A stretch of DNA of 64,000 bases from a virus (lineage: Duplodnaviria > Heunggongvirae > Uroviricota > Caudoviricetes), in IMG/VR virus record IMGVR_UViG_3300010234_000001, positions 50,612 to 114,611 of that record; one strand, written 5' to 3'. Below are positions 46,174 to 56,504 of this stretch, piece by piece. Each line of letters starts with the position of its first letter. Positions within the stretch are counted from its first letter, which is position 1. The notes under the pieces are model-generated. The model was not told where the DNA came from. It ran no database searches and was given only the letters and a program-made list of their open reading frames with translations. A program made the translations under genes and the position numbers.

Positions 46174-47183
46174 TGCTTTCAAATCGTCATTTTTACCATC
46201 AGCTTACAAAAAAGTACGTAACCATTTTCGGTAATCTTTTCAATGACATATGGTTATTGAAAAGGGACAATGACACGGCTGCGGAGATTGAACGTCGCAA
46301 AGTTCCGGTCATATATTCACCAAAAGAAAAATGGGTGACACGACCGGAAACTGATGGACCGCTGGCAAAACAAGTGCAGATTACGTTGCCCCGAATGGGC
46401 TTCGAAATCGTTGATATGCGATGGGCCGGTGAGAAAAAAAAGATGACCACCCTTCGTCATGTTGCGGCAAATACTGCGAGTCAGTATTCATCGCAGTATG
46501 TTGAAGTTCCTTACGACCTAACGTTCCGTCTTGAAATATATGCGCGTAATATTGACGACGCGGATCAAATTATGGAACAAATTCTTCCGTATTTCACGCC
46601 GGATTACACTGTCAACGCACTTCTTATTCCGGAAATGAGTCATTATCGGGATATTTTTGTTAAACTTATGAGTATCGAAGATAAGTTTGAATACGCGGGT
46701 GATAGGGACTCCACTCGTATTGTTACCAAGTCGCTAGTCTTCAACATGGGGGCTTACTATTACGGGGCGGTAACACAGTCCAGTCTTATCAGACACGCCA
46801 TCACAAACATCTACAACCATCCGGAGTTACGCGCCGGATACATCACGAAGGTCAATCTTACGGGCGGAAACAGCGGTGATTATCCTATCGATTCTTGGGT
46901 CTATCAAGGCAACAGCGAGGCTACGGCATACGCTACAGCCAAAGTGATAAAATGGGAAAAAGCGAACGGCGATCTATACTTAGGGGGCACGCAAGGCAAC
47001 TTCAAATCCAATCAATTTGTCTACAGCGTTGAAACTAATGCTAAATATAACCTAATAACGTTTGCCGCCAATCCCATCAAGCTGGCAAATATATCAATTT
47101 CACCAAATCCGGTGACCGCCAATGTTGACGATGCTTATGGCTACACGACAATTATTACGGAGTTTCCGGATACATTAGAGTAA
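46173..47183 (+). CDS. gp15: Tail sheath stabilizer/completion protein gp15
   Basis: FYH....KYV..FG.LFN.I; VP..Y.PKEK; LPRM.FE; QILPYF.P. Confidence 0.93.
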   Translation: MLSNRHFYHQLTKKYVTIFGNLFNDIWLLKRDNDTAAEIERRKVPVIYSPKEKWVTRPETDGPLAKQVQITLPRMGFEIVDMRWAGEKKKMTTLRHVAANTASQYSSQYVEVPYDLTFRLEIYARNIDDADQIMEQILPYFTPDYTVNALLIPEMSHYRDIFVKLMSIEDKFEYAGDRDSTRIVTKSLVFNMGAYYYGAVTQSSLIRHAITNIYNHPELRAGYITKVNLTGGNSGDYPIDSWVYQGNSEATAYATAKVIKWEKANGDLYLGGTQGNFKSNQFVYSVETNAKYNLITFAANPIKLANISISPNPVTANVDDAYGYTTIITEFPDTLE

Positions 47184-47189
47184 GGGTTT

Positions 47190-47639
47190 ATGCCTCAAGA
47201 ACTTTCGAGAACGTTGAATATAGAACATGACGTGGAACCTAGAAACGATATTGTTCCAGTAAAACCAAATCTTCCCGCCAATCATATAGATTTGAGCGAC
47301 GCGGATGAAGATTACAGCAAGGTGCGTGATACGCTTCAAGACTTGCTGGATACATCCCAAGACGCTATCAATGATATGGTTGATATTGCCAAAGAGTCCG
47401 ATAAGGCGCGGGACTATGAAGTGCTATCCGGTCTAATCAAGACCGCTTCGGACACGGCAAACAAGCTTATCATGCTTCAACAAAAAGTTCTTGATCTAAA
47501 GAAGAATAACATGGTCAAACAAAACATTGGTAAACCTTCCTTTGGAAACGCACAACAAGTTAACGTGGACCAAATTTTTGTAGGCACACCGGCCGATTTA
47601 ATCAGAGCAATGAAGGCAGCAGACAAAAATGTCGGATAA
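47190..47639 (+). CDS. gp16: Terminase small subunit gp16
   Basis: DY...R..L...........A.ES...R.YEV...LIK; FVG...DL. Confidence 0.9.
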   Translation: MPQELSRTLNIEHDVEPRNDIVPVKPNLPANHIDLSDADEDYSKVRDTLQDLLDTSQDAINDMVDIAKESDKARDYEVLSGLIKTASDTANKLIMLQQKVLDLKKNNMVKQNIGKPSFGNAQQVNVDQIFVGTPADLIRAMKAADKNVG

Positions 47640-49293
47640 CCAACAAGATTGGTTCCAAAGGAATCGTCAACTATTCAAGATGAATGTTGAGCGGGATTTC
47701 ACTCAACAGGAAATCGCCGAATTGTATAGATGCAGTCAGGATATTCTGCACTTCTGTTCTAACTACATCAAGATCATCACGCTTGACGAAGGTATTACCG
47801 ATTTTTATCCTAGGGAATATCAGAAAAAGCTAATTAAGTCTTTCCAAGAAGAGAGATACAATATCTGCAAGATGCCGAGACAGGTCGGCAAGTCAACCAC
47901 CGCCATCGCATTCTTGTTGCATTATATCCTATTCAACGAGAATGTGCAAGTGGCAATCTTGGCTAACAAGGCGGAAATTTCCAGAGAGCTACTTGGCCGA
48001 CTGCAACTCGCCTTCGAAAATCTGCCGGATTTCATGAAGCACGGTATCAAGACTTGGAACAAGGGTGACATTGAACTTGAGAACGGTTCATCCATCACGG
48101 CCAAATCCACATCTTCCGACTCCATTCGTGGTATGACATTTAACGTCATTTTCCTTGACGAGTTTGCGCACGTTCCCAACTCTATTGCGGAAGAGTTTTT
48201 TCGGTCAACATATCCGACAATTACATCCGGTAAAGATTCTAAGATTATTGTTGTATCAACACCAAACGGAATGAACATGTTCTATGGAATGTGGGTACAA
48301 GCAAATCTTCCGGTAGGCGATCCAAACAAAAATGAATATGTGCCGCATGAAGTTCATTGGTCGGAAGTTCCGGGAAGAGACGCGGAATGGAAAAGACAAG
48401 TTGTCGCAAATACGAGCGAGGAACAATTCAGACAAGAGTTTGAATGCGAGTTCCTAGGTTCAACCCACACGCTTGTTGCCGCTTCTAAGCTGGACTTGAT
48501 GATCAGAACTTGGATGAAAGACCCAATATATAAAGAGGATGACCTTTTTGTGTATGCTTATCCACACAAGAATCACACATACGTATGCACGGTTGACGTG
48601 TCGGAAGGATTACAGCAAGACTATTCGGCAATCACAGTCATTGATGTGACCAGCATTCCATATAAGGTGGTTGCGGTTTGGAAAAGCAACACGGTCGATC
48701 CAATTATATTGCCCAATTACATATACAAGATATCCCAAGGCTACAACGAAGCTTTTGTGCTTGTGGAAATTAACTCCATCGGGCTACAGGTCGCTAATGC
48801 AATGCATTTTGACTTGGAATACGAAAATCTGGTCAAGATGCAAATGAAAGCGGCGCAAGGACAAACAGTATCCGGCGGTTTTAATAGCCGATATCAACTT
48901 GGAGTCAAGACAACAGCGCCCGTTAAACGAATGGGTTGCGCCAATCTAAAATCCCTTATCGAGAATGACAAGCTTATTGTTCCGGATAGGGATGCGATAT
49001 ACGAGCTTGCATCATTTTCCGTTCGTAAAAACACTTACATGGCCGAAGAAGGTAACTATGATGACTTGGCAATGTGCTTAGTTCATTTTGCATGGCTGGT
49101 TAATCAAAGCTACTTTAAAGAATTTATTGATACTGACATAAGAAAAGAGCTTGAACGGGATGTGAATGTTCAAGAACAACACATTAAAATTCCTATTATT
49201 ATAGATGATGGGGTACGATTTACTGAAGACGCATCTGAAATGAATGAGTTTGGCGACAACGATGTTTGGGAACCCGTTCTACACACTTGGTAA
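47629..49293 (+). CDS. gp17: Terminase large subunit gp17
   Basis: MPRQVGKST Walker A; IFLDEFAH Walker B; DVSEG...DYSA. Confidence 0.98.
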   Translation: MSDNQQDWFQRNRQLFKMNVERDFTQQEIAELYRCSQDILHFCSNYIKIITLDEGITDFYPREYQKKLIKSFQEERYNICKMPRQVGKSTTAIAFLLHYILFNENVQVAILANKAEISRELLGRLQLAFENLPDFMKHGIKTWNKGDIELENGSSITAKSTSSDSIRGMTFNVIFLDEFAHVPNSIAEEFFRSTYPTITSGKDSKIIVVSTPNGMNMFYGMWVQANLPVGDPNKNEYVPHEVHWSEVPGRDAEWKRQVVANTSEEQFRQEFECEFLGSTHTLVAASKLDLMIRTWMKDPIYKEDDLFVYAYPHKNHTYVCTVDVSEGLQQDYSAITVIDVTSIPYKVVAVWKSNTVDPIILPNYIYKISQGYNEAFVLVEINSIGLQVANAMHFDLEYENLVKMQMKAAQGQTVSGGFNSRYQLGVKTTAPVKRMGCANLKSLIENDKLIVPDRDAIYELASFSVRKNTYMAEEGNYDDLAMCLVHFAWLVNQSYFKEFIDTDIRKELERDVNVQEQHIKIPIIIDDGVRFTEDASEMNEFGDNDVWEPVLHTW

Positions 49294-49297
49294 TTCC

Positions 49298-49303
49298 TAA
49301 ATA
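49298..49303 (+). promoter_or_regulatory. Late promoter TAAATA
   Basis: Upstream of gp18. Confidence 0.7.
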
Positions 49304-49352
49304 CTAAGAACAATAAAGCATAACTCACTAACACGCTAAGGAGAATAAAATA

Positions 49353-51077
49353 ATGGCGTTTCAGCTTTCACCGGGTGTATCCGTTTCAGAAATCGACTTG
49401 ACCACTGTTGTTCCGGCAGTCGGAACGACGGTTGGTGCCTACGTTGGACACTTTCAATGGGGACCAGTCAACGAGATTTTCACCGTTGCTGATGAATTAA
49501 AGCTTGTCGAAAGAGTTTTTGAACCTGATGCAAACACATTCGTTCACTTTTTCACTTGTGCCAACTTCCTAAGTTATGCACGGACACTTAGAATGGTTCG
49601 TGCCGATGCATCTGGAATGTTAAATGCTAGTGCCAATGGCGCTGCTCCAAAAGTCAAAAACGAAACCGACTATACCCAAAACTATTCTACCGGCGCTAAC
49701 ACATACGGCGCTTTCATTGCTAAGTATCCGGGCGATCTTGGTAACAGCCTTAAGGTTTCCGTGTATGCGTCTTCAAACACGCAAGGATTCACTTCATGGG
49801 TTTATAACCGTAATTTTGACAGCGCTCCAAGCACATCCGACTATGCTTCGGATCGGGGTGGACTGAATGACGAACTACACATTGTCGTTATTGACGAGGA
49901 TGGTAAGTTCACCGGAACGGCCAACACCGTTTTGGAACGTTACGGATATCTATCAAAAGCATCCGACGCTAAGTCCGATGATGGTACCTCCATTTACTAT
50001 AAGAACGTCATCAATGATCGTTCCAAGTATCTATGGTGGGGTGCGCATCCGGATGTTGGTATTGGTGCTCCGATTGGACAGTCCAACACGGATAATTGGG
50101 GATCAACCTCAACATCAACCACATTCGGAATGATGGGTAACGGGGCTTATAGCCTTTCGCTAGCGAATGGTGCTATTGCTACACCCGCTTCCGCAAACGT
50201 TGTGACCGGTTACGATTACTTCAAGAATGCGGAAGAGGTTGATATTGATCTTATTCTTACGGGTAACCACTCAAACACTACGATTACCAGCATTTACAGC
50301 AACTTGGTTGACTTCCGTCGCCTAGCCGCTTCGCCGGTCATCATGTTCGTTTCTCCGGAATTGGCTGATGTTGTTGATAACTATGGAAACGAAGCAACGG
50401 ATGTTATTGCCCACAGAAATAGCTTGACTTCATCATCCTACATGATCATGGACAACAACTGGAAATACATGTTCGACAAATATAACGACGTGTATCGTTG
50501 GGTTCCATGTAATGCGGACATTGCCGGTCTATGCGTAAGAACAGACCTAGAGCGCGATGCTTGGTTCTCGCCTGCCGGATTTAACCGTGGACACCTTAAG
50601 GGGGTTGTCAAGCTTGCTTGGAATCCTAACCAGACGGAACGGGATGATCTATACAAGAATGGCGTCAATCCTATCGTATCGTTCGTTGGTCAGGGTCCAA
50701 TCCTTTACGGAGACAAGACCATGCTATCCAAGCCTTCGGCATTCGACAGAATTAATGTTCGAAGACTATTCATCGTACTCGAAAAAGCTATCGCAAGAGC
50801 GGCTAAATTCTCGCTGTTCGAATTCAACGACGCATTTACGCGGGCGCAATTCGTATCACTTGTCGAGCCGTTCCTACGGGATGTTCAAGGACGACGGGGA
50901 ATCTTCGATTTCCGTGTTGTTTGCGACGAAACAAACAATACGCCGGAAGTCATCGATAGAAACGAATTCGTTGGCGATATCTATATTAAGCCTTCCAGAA
51001 GCATCAACTACATCCAGCTAAACTTTGTGGCTGTTAGAACTGGTGTTGCATTTGAAGAAATCGTCGGGAGTTTTTGA
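49353..51077 (+). CDS. gp18: Tail sheath protein gp18, 574 aa
   Basis: FQLSPGV.V.EIDLT; WFSPAG.NRG; FDRINVRRLF; IKP.RSIN.I.LNFVA.RTGV.F.E. Confidence 0.98.
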   Translation: MAFQLSPGVSVSEIDLTTVVPAVGTTVGAYVGHFQWGPVNEIFTVADELKLVERVFEPDANTFVHFFTCANFLSYARTLRMVRADASGMLNASANGAAPKVKNETDYTQNYSTGANTYGAFIAKYPGDLGNSLKVSVYASSNTQGFTSWVYNRNFDSAPSTSDYASDRGGLNDELHIVVIDEDGKFTGTANTVLERYGYLSKASDAKSDDGTSIYYKNVINDRSKYLWWGAHPDVGIGAPIGQSNTDNWGSTSTSTTFGMMGNGAYSLSLANGAIATPASANVVTGYDYFKNAEEVDIDLILTGNHSNTTITSIYSNLVDFRRLAASPVIMFVSPELADVVDNYGNEATDVIAHRNSLTSSSYMIMDNNWKYMFDKYNDVYRWVPCNADIAGLCVRTDLERDAWFSPAGFNRGHLKGVVKLAWNPNQTERDDLYKNGVNPIVSFVGQGPILYGDKTMLSKPSAFDRINVRRLFIVLEKAIARAAKFSLFEFNDAFTRAQFVSLVEPFLRDVQGRRGIFDFRVVCDETNNTPEVIDRNEFVGDIYIKPSRSINYIQLNFVAVRTGVAFEEIVGSF

Positions 51078-51105
51078 TCTTAATAGTAGGTAAGTTCTAA
51101 AAAAC

Positions 51106-51141
51106 ATAAATACTCCCTGTAGAAATATAGGGAGTATTTAT
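51106..51141 (+). promoter_or_regulatory. Late promoter inside an RBS-sequestering hairpin
   Basis: ataaatactccct 51106-51118 / agggagtatttat 51129-51141; stem extends to a GAAA tetraloop. Confidence 0.8.
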
Positions 51142-51142
51142 A

Positions 51143-51745
51143 ATGCCAGTAGTATACAAAGCAACAAATAATATCAATGGAAAATGTTATGTTGGCGTCG
51201 ATAAAAATTGGCCACACAGAAAAGCGGCTCATAAATGTGCAGTCAAAAAGGGATCAACATTAGTCTTTCATAATGCTATAAGACAATATGGTTGGAAAAA
51301 TTTTAGTTGGGAAATATTGGAAGAATCAGGAAACCATCAACTCCTTTTAAATGAACGAGAACCATTCTATATTAATGAATTGAACACACATTATTTAACT
51401 GGTAATGGGTATAACATGACAAATGGTGGTGATGCAACAATGGGATGGGTTCCATCCGAAGAAACAAAAATAAAGATAAGTGAGGCGAACAAAGGAAGAC
51501 AAGCTTGGAATAAAGGTAAACCTTCACCATGGACTTCCAAAAGAAACAAGGAAATATCAGGCATTCCGCAACAAAAGTTGAAAAAAGAATATTTAATAAT
51601 TTCTCCAAAAAAAGAAGTATTTGAAATAAAAGGTTTGCTAGAATTTTGTAAGGAGAATGGTTTACATGCGGGAAATATGTGTTCTGTCGCGAAAGGAAGG
51701 CTAAAGCACTATAAAGGATGGAAGTGTGAGCCAATTCTAACCTAA
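51143..51745 (+). mobile_element. GIY-YIG homing endonuclease with NUMOD3/NUMOD1-like C-terminus, 200 aa
   Basis: VVYKATN.INGKCYVG; AIR.YG...F.W..LE; GYNMT.GG. Confidence 0.9.
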
Positions 51746-51748
51746 ATA
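51743..51748 (+). promoter_or_regulatory. Late promoter TAAATA
   Basis: Overlaps the endonuclease stop, upstream of gp19. Confidence 0.7.
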
Positions 51749-51785
51749 TAAACGTAAGAAACAACAACAGGAGTTAATCAAAGAA

Positions 51786-52385
51786 ATGGCTTTCGATATC
51801 CAAGAATTCAGATCAGAAATGGTTGGCGATGGTGCAAGACCTAATTTATTTGAGGTCAACATTCCATTGCCATCCACCGGATTTGCTAGCGTAGGTGGTT
51901 CCCTCGACTTTAACAGAAAAATCACTTTTATGTGCCGATCAGCCGAACTTCCGGGTTCCACGATGGGCGTAGCACCAGTGCAGTTTTTTGGCCGAGATAT
52001 CAAACTTGCCGGTAATAGAACATTCGATGACTGGACAGTCACCGTCTACAACGACGAAGACTTTACAGTACGAAATGCGATGGAAAAGTGGATGAATGGA
52101 CTAAATTCACACCGTTCTAACCTTCGTGTCGCATCCGGATATAATAACAACCAGTATACTGCGGACTCCGAAGTCTATCAGTATGGTAAGCGTGGTGTTG
52201 AACTTGGTTCTGTTGGAATCGGTGGAAGACCGGGACCAATTAAGAAGTATAAGTTCATCGGCATGTGGCCGGTAAACGTTTCCCCAATTCAACTTGATTG
52301 GGGCGACAATGACCGGGTTGAAGAATTTTCGGTAACATTCGCGTACAACTGGTGGCAGAGTCAGGAGGATGGAGTCACTACTTAG
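51786..52385 (+). CDS. gp19: Tail tube protein gp19
   Basis: GARPNLFEV; C.SA.LPGS..G...V.F.GR..KLAG.R.F..W.VT..ND.DF; EEF.VT..Y..W. Confidence 0.97.
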   Translation: MAFDIQEFRSEMVGDGARPNLFEVNIPLPSTGFASVGGSLDFNRKITFMCRSAELPGSTMGVAPVQFFGRDIKLAGNRTFDDWTVTVYNDEDFTVRNAMEKWMNGLNSHRSNLRVASGYNNNQYTADSEVYQYGKRGVELGSVGIGGRPGPIKKYKFIGMWPVNVSPIQLDWGDNDRVEEFSVTFAYNWWQSQEDGVTT

Positions 52386-52409
52386 AGTAGATACTCCATC
52401 TTCTAGCTA

Positions 52410-52925
52410 ATGGAAAAAATCATTTTTCATAAGCATCATATCGTTCCCAAACATATGGGAGGCACGAACAAACCTTCAAATCTATTGAAGGTCAATGTGC
52501 CTCTTCATGCCTTCCTTCATAAACTTCTGTGGGGAGAATACGGTAAAACTGAAGACTTTCTAGCATGGAAAATGTTAGAAGGAACAATCACCAATAAAGA
52601 ATTTTATCGATCTATTGGTAAACTCAACAAAGGAAAAGACCCATGGAATAAAGGTCTTTGCACTGGACCCAACCCTTGGTCAAATGAACATCTTGAAAAC
52701 CATAAAAAATTCGTAAAGCGGGGTAAAGAACATCATGCTTATGGAATAACACAAGATACTACTAAATTTAGAATAGCTCAACCAAAAAAGAAAAGAGTCA
52801 TCACACCGGATAGAATATTTGAAAGTGTGAGACAGTGTGCTAAACATTATGATGTAGCCCCTAATAGTATTAGAGGCAGAATTAAAAGTAAATCGGATCA
52901 ATACAAGGACTGGAAAACAGAATGA
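52410..52925 (+). mobile_element. HNH homing endonuclease (Mob-like), 171 aa
   Basis: HKHHIVPKHMGG.N...NL......HA..H..L; PWNKG. Confidence 0.88.
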
Positions 52926-54676
52926 AAATTTTTGGTTGGGAGATTAACAGACCAATAGAAGATAGTGGTGGCGGGGAAACCCGCCACACTAAACAAACAT
53001 TTGTACCTCCCCAATATGACGACGGAGCACTTACAATTCAGTCGGGTAGCCACTTCGGTAGCTATCAACTGGACATGGAAGGTGTTGTCCGAAATGAAGT
53101 CGAGCTTATTACCCGATATCGGGAAATGGCTATACAGCCCGAAATGGACGATGCTATCAATGATATCGTCAACGAAGCTGTTATCAAAGACAAAAAGGGA
53201 AAAAGTGTTGAACTACGTATGGACGAACTTGATGTTTCGGACAAGCTAAAGAAAACAATACAGGAAGAATTCGAAGGGGTTCTTCGTCTGCTAAACTTTT
53301 CCGATCTTGGATTGGATGTGTTTAGAACTTGGTATATTGACGGAAGATTATTCTATCATGCAATCATTGATGAAAAGAATCCGCAGCTTGGTATTCAAGA
53401 ATTGCGTTATATTGATCCTAGAAAGATCAGAAAGATTCGGGAAATCGTCAAGGGCCGCGACAAACAGACCGGCATGGAAACGATCAAGAAAGAAGTTCAA
53501 TATTATCTTTACAATGAGCGCGGACTGACCGGAGCACCCGGCACCATCGCCCAATACTCCAATCTTGGACACAGAATTACGGTTGACGCTATCGTTAACG
53601 TCAACAGCGGACTATTGGACGCCAAGCGTAATCAAGTAATTTCATATCTTCACAAAGCAATTAAGCCTCTTAATCAGCTAAGAATGGTTGAAGATGCTAC
53701 TGTTATCTACCGTCTTTCCCGCGCACCGGAACGTCGTATTTTCTATATTGACGTTGGTTCGATGCAGACTACGAAAGCGGAACAGTATATGAAAGACATA
53801 ATGACCAAGTATAGAAATAAACTGGTCTATGATTCTTCAACCGGTGAGATTAGGGATGATCGTCGCCATCTTGCCATGCTTGAAGACTTCTGGCTCCCCC
53901 GTCGTGAGGGTGGTCGTGGTACCGAAATCGACACCCTACAGGGGGGTCAGAATCTTGGTGAGATTGAAGACGTTGTATATTTCGAACAGAAACTATACAA
54001 GGCTCTTAACATCCCTTATTCGCGCACACAGCCGGATCAAGGATTTAACCTTGGACGTTCAACCGAAATCACGCGGGACGAACTTAAATTTAATAAATTC
54101 ATCGATAAATTAAGAAGTAAATTCTCCACATTACTGGATGAACTGCTTAAGAGACAGCTAATTCTTAAGAGAGTCATGACCGAAGAAGAATGGTTCGACT
54201 ATCGCGAATATATCTTCTTTTCATGGCTTGAAGATAATAACTTCACCGAACTTAAGAATGCGGAACTTAACCGCGAACGTCTAAGCATGCTACAGCTTGT
54301 CGATCCATACGTTGGTCGATATTACTCGCTACAATGGGTATATGAAAATGCGCTTAACATGGCGGATGATGAAATGGAAGAAATGATGCAGCAAATGAAG
54401 AGCGAACGGGATTCCGGCATGTATGAAGAACTTGGAATCGGCATGGACGCTATGATGGCAGGTCAGGAAGAAGTTCCGCCCGATGACAGTGGCGGAAGCG
54501 ATAGTAGTGGTGGCGGAAGCAAGAGCAGTAGCAGCAGCAGCAGCAGTAAAAAGTCGGACGGCCATGATAAGATGCCTAAGATGCCAAAAGGCACGGCTTT
54601 GATCAACACGGAAGAAAATGACCGTAGTTGCGCAAGAAAAATCATGCCCCTAAGCGAGTGGTCCGAGAATTTATAA
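52922..54676 (+). CDS. gp20: Portal protein gp20 with Ser/Gly-rich tail
   Basis: WY.DGRL.YH; RYIDPRKI; KP.NQLRM.EDA.VIYR..RAPERR.FYIDVG; EDFWLPRREGGRGTEI.TL.GG. Confidence 0.98.
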   Translation: MKIFGWEINRPIEDSGGGETRHTKQTFVPPQYDDGALTIQSGSHFGSYQLDMEGVVRNEVELITRYREMAIQPEMDDAINDIVNEAVIKDKKGKSVELRMDELDVSDKLKKTIQEEFEGVLRLLNFSDLGLDVFRTWYIDGRLFYHAIIDEKNPQLGIQELRYIDPRKIRKIREIVKGRDKQTGMETIKKEVQYYLYNERGLTGAPGTIAQYSNLGHRITVDAIVNVNSGLLDAKRNQVISYLHKAIKPLNQLRMVEDATVIYRLSRAPERRIFYIDVGSMQTTKAEQYMKDIMTKYRNKLVYDSSTGEIRDDRRHLAMLEDFWLPRREGGRGTEIDTLQGGQNLGEIEDVVYFEQKLYKALNIPYSRTQPDQGFNLGRSTEITRDELKFNKFIDKLRSKFSTLLDELLKRQLILKRVMTEEEWFDYREYIFFSWLEDNNFTELKNAELNRERLSMLQLVDPYVGRYYSLQWVYENALNMADDEMEEMMQQMKSERDSGMYEELGIGMDAMMAGQEEVPPDDSGGSDSSGGGSKSSSSSSSSKKSDGHDKMPKMPKGTALINTEENDRSCARKIMPLSEWSENL

Positions 54677-54679
54677 ATA
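54672..54679 (+). promoter_or_regulatory. Late promoter TATAAATA
   Basis: Perfect consensus at the gp20 stop. Confidence 0.85.
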
Positions 54680-54714
54680 TCCCTAAGAGTATAACCCTAA
54701 AAGGAACCTAATAA

Positions 54715-55125
54715 ATGTCAAAGATCAAACACCTTATTCGTGAAAGCTTTGAAGACAACATTACTAACGTCGAAAGTGGCATGAGCGCATATCTGTATCA
54801 GATTGCGGAAGCCAAGCTTGACGAAATGAAGCGGGACGTTGCGACAATCTATCTTGGGGAAGGTAAGACTTTCCGGAGTGGTGAAGGAAACAAATTCCGT
54901 GACAGACAGAGCGCGCGAAAGCAGGTTCTCGCACAAAAGGAAAAGAACCTTTCCTCAAAGAATTTTGACGATAAAATCAAAGAAGATGAAGACCTAGAGG
55001 AAGGTAAGACTTTCCGTAAAGGTGAAGGTGACAAATTCAAGAATCGTCGTAGTCTTAGAAAGCAAGTTGCCGCAAAGAAGCAGGACTTCGACAATGACGG
55101 CAACGAAGATGATGATGATCGATAA
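54715..55125 (+). CDS. Putative prohead core/internal protein, 136 aa, with internal duplication
   Basis: Position after portal; EGKTFR.GEG.KF twice. Confidence 0.65.
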   Translation: MSKIKHLIRESFEDNITNVESGMSAYLYQIAEAKLDEMKRDVATIYLGEGKTFRSGEGNKFRDRQSARKQVLAQKEKNLSSKNFDDKIKEDEDLEEGKTFRKGEGDKFKNRRSLRKQVAAKKQDFDNDGNEDDDDR

Positions 55126-55313
55126 TGAATCTAAAAGAACTATCGGATTTAGTTAAGAGTCGGTACAAGAGACGGGCAGTCCAAGATTTGGACTCCCGTG
55201 ACGAAAACGATCCAAAGTTTCAAAGACGACGCATTAAAATATCCCGTATGCAGAATCGAAGTTATGGGAGTAGACAAAATGACGCGGAATTTAGACACAG
55301 AAAGAAGTTCTAA
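55125..55313 (+). CDS. Small basic protein, 62 aa
   Basis: TAATG coupling on both sides. Confidence 0.55.
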   Translation: MNLKELSDLVKSRYKRRAVQDLDSRDENDPKFQRRRIKISRMQNRSYGSRQNDAEFRHRKKF

Positions 55314-55561
55314 TGAAATCCCTAAAAGAATTGAGAGAGTCGTTCGATAAGACTAAACCCAAAATCGAACATCCAATTATGGAAGAGACATTAGAACTTG
55401 ATGAAAAAACATCAAATCAAGATATACCTTTCATGGTTGTTCTAAAAAGACGCGCAATTAGACAGTATCCGGATGGACAAGTGGTTGCCCTATATTATTC
55501 CGATAAACTAAAACAATACGTAACCGTGCCTTTCTCCGGAATTGGCGTCGGAACACCTTAA
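55313..55561 (+). CDS. Conserved T4-like head-region protein, 82 aa
   Basis: P...VLKR.AIR.YP.GQ.VALYY...L..Y..VP motif. Confidence 0.7.
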   Translation: MKSLKELRESFDKTKPKIEHPIMEETLELDEKTSNQDIPFMVVLKRRAIRQYPDGQVVALYYSDKLKQYVTVPFSGIGVGTP

Positions 55562-55570
55562 GGAAAACAA

Positions 55571-56068
55571 ATGGCTAACGTATATACGGAAGACAGATTA
55601 ATAGACACGAATCGACGGGCGTTGCTTAAAATTACTGGCACGCTTGACAGTGATATGTCCGATCTTGTCGTTGTTGACGCTTCGACGCTTGGACAAGCCA
55701 TGAATGCTAATAACTTGTTGATGGTCTCCAATACGCATCCTAAGAGCCTCTACAGAGTCTCCGTTAGTCGTATTTGGGGTGACACAACGATTGATGGCTA
55801 TTTGACGCTACAATTTGATGGCGATGATAATCTAATCCAGACTATTAGCACTGGCGCATTTAATATGGACTTGGACGGCGTGCTTGCCGGTGACATTGAC
55901 AACGATGTGGCAAACACCACGGGCGATATTACTCTATCCGGTGTGGGTATAGGGGCTAACGACTCATATACAATCTACATCGATATGCGTAAAGACCCTC
56001 GCGACTTCAACTATGGTCAACTTAATGACCCGGCCGCATTCAACTATGGGGATTATGGCATTGTCTAA
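55571..56068 (+). CDS. Conserved T4-like head-region protein, 165 aa
   Basis: AAGGA RBS; TGDI......YTI..D.RK..G motif. Confidence 0.7.
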   Translation: MANVYTEDRLIDTNRRALLKITGTLDSDMSDLVVVDASTLGQAMNANNLLMVSNTHPKSLYRVSVSRIWGDTTIDGYLTLQFDGDDNLIQTISTGAFNMDLDGVLAGDIDNDVANTTGDITLSGVGIGANDSYTIYIDMRKDPRDFNYGQLNDPAAFNYGDYGIV

Positions 56069-56504
56069 GATTGTAAAATCCATTCACGAAGATAAGTATT
56101 CCGAAGTAGGCTCCCGACTTCAGGAACATCTGAAAGGTGTTCTTGAAACGAGACTTGTCGAAAAGAAGAAGCAGATCGTGGCGGAGAAATACAGCGACAA
56201 TGACGAAAGAATTGCCACTGTTGTGCGTGAAGCTATAGAAGCTCTTAAAGAAGGTCGATTTCATGTCGTAAAGACGAGAATCAGACGTGGCAAGGTTGAG
56301 CGACGCAAACAAGTGTCCGATGCGGAAGGTTATACTTTCCGTAAAGTTGGAAGTTCGGTCAAGCTTGTTAGAATGTCGCCAAGCGAACGCCGTAAACGAA
56401 AGATGGGTGCGCGCCGTGCCAAGATCAAGAGACGGGGTAAGCTATCAAGAATTCGGCAGAAGTATGATAGATCAATGCGTCGCTTGAAGTCACTTGGGGG
56501 TTAA
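56055..56504 (+). CDS. gp68: Prohead core protein gp68-like
   Basis: Basic C-terminus RMS..ERRKRK..ARRA..KR.....R.K..RS.RR...LG. Confidence 0.7.
   Translation: MALSKIVKSIHEDKYSEVGSRLQEHLKGVLETRLVEKKKQIVAEKYSDNDERIATVVREAIEALKEGRFHVVKTRIRRGKVERRKQVSDAEGYTFRKVGSSVKLVRMSPSERRKRKMGARRAKIKRRGKLSRIRQKYDRSMRRLKSLGG

Noticed and set aside
54497-54550. agc/agt microsatellite near the end of gp20 as a phase-variation site
   Set aside because: In-frame triplet repeats encoding a Ser/Gly linker in a dispensable-looking tail; slippage would not shift the frame.
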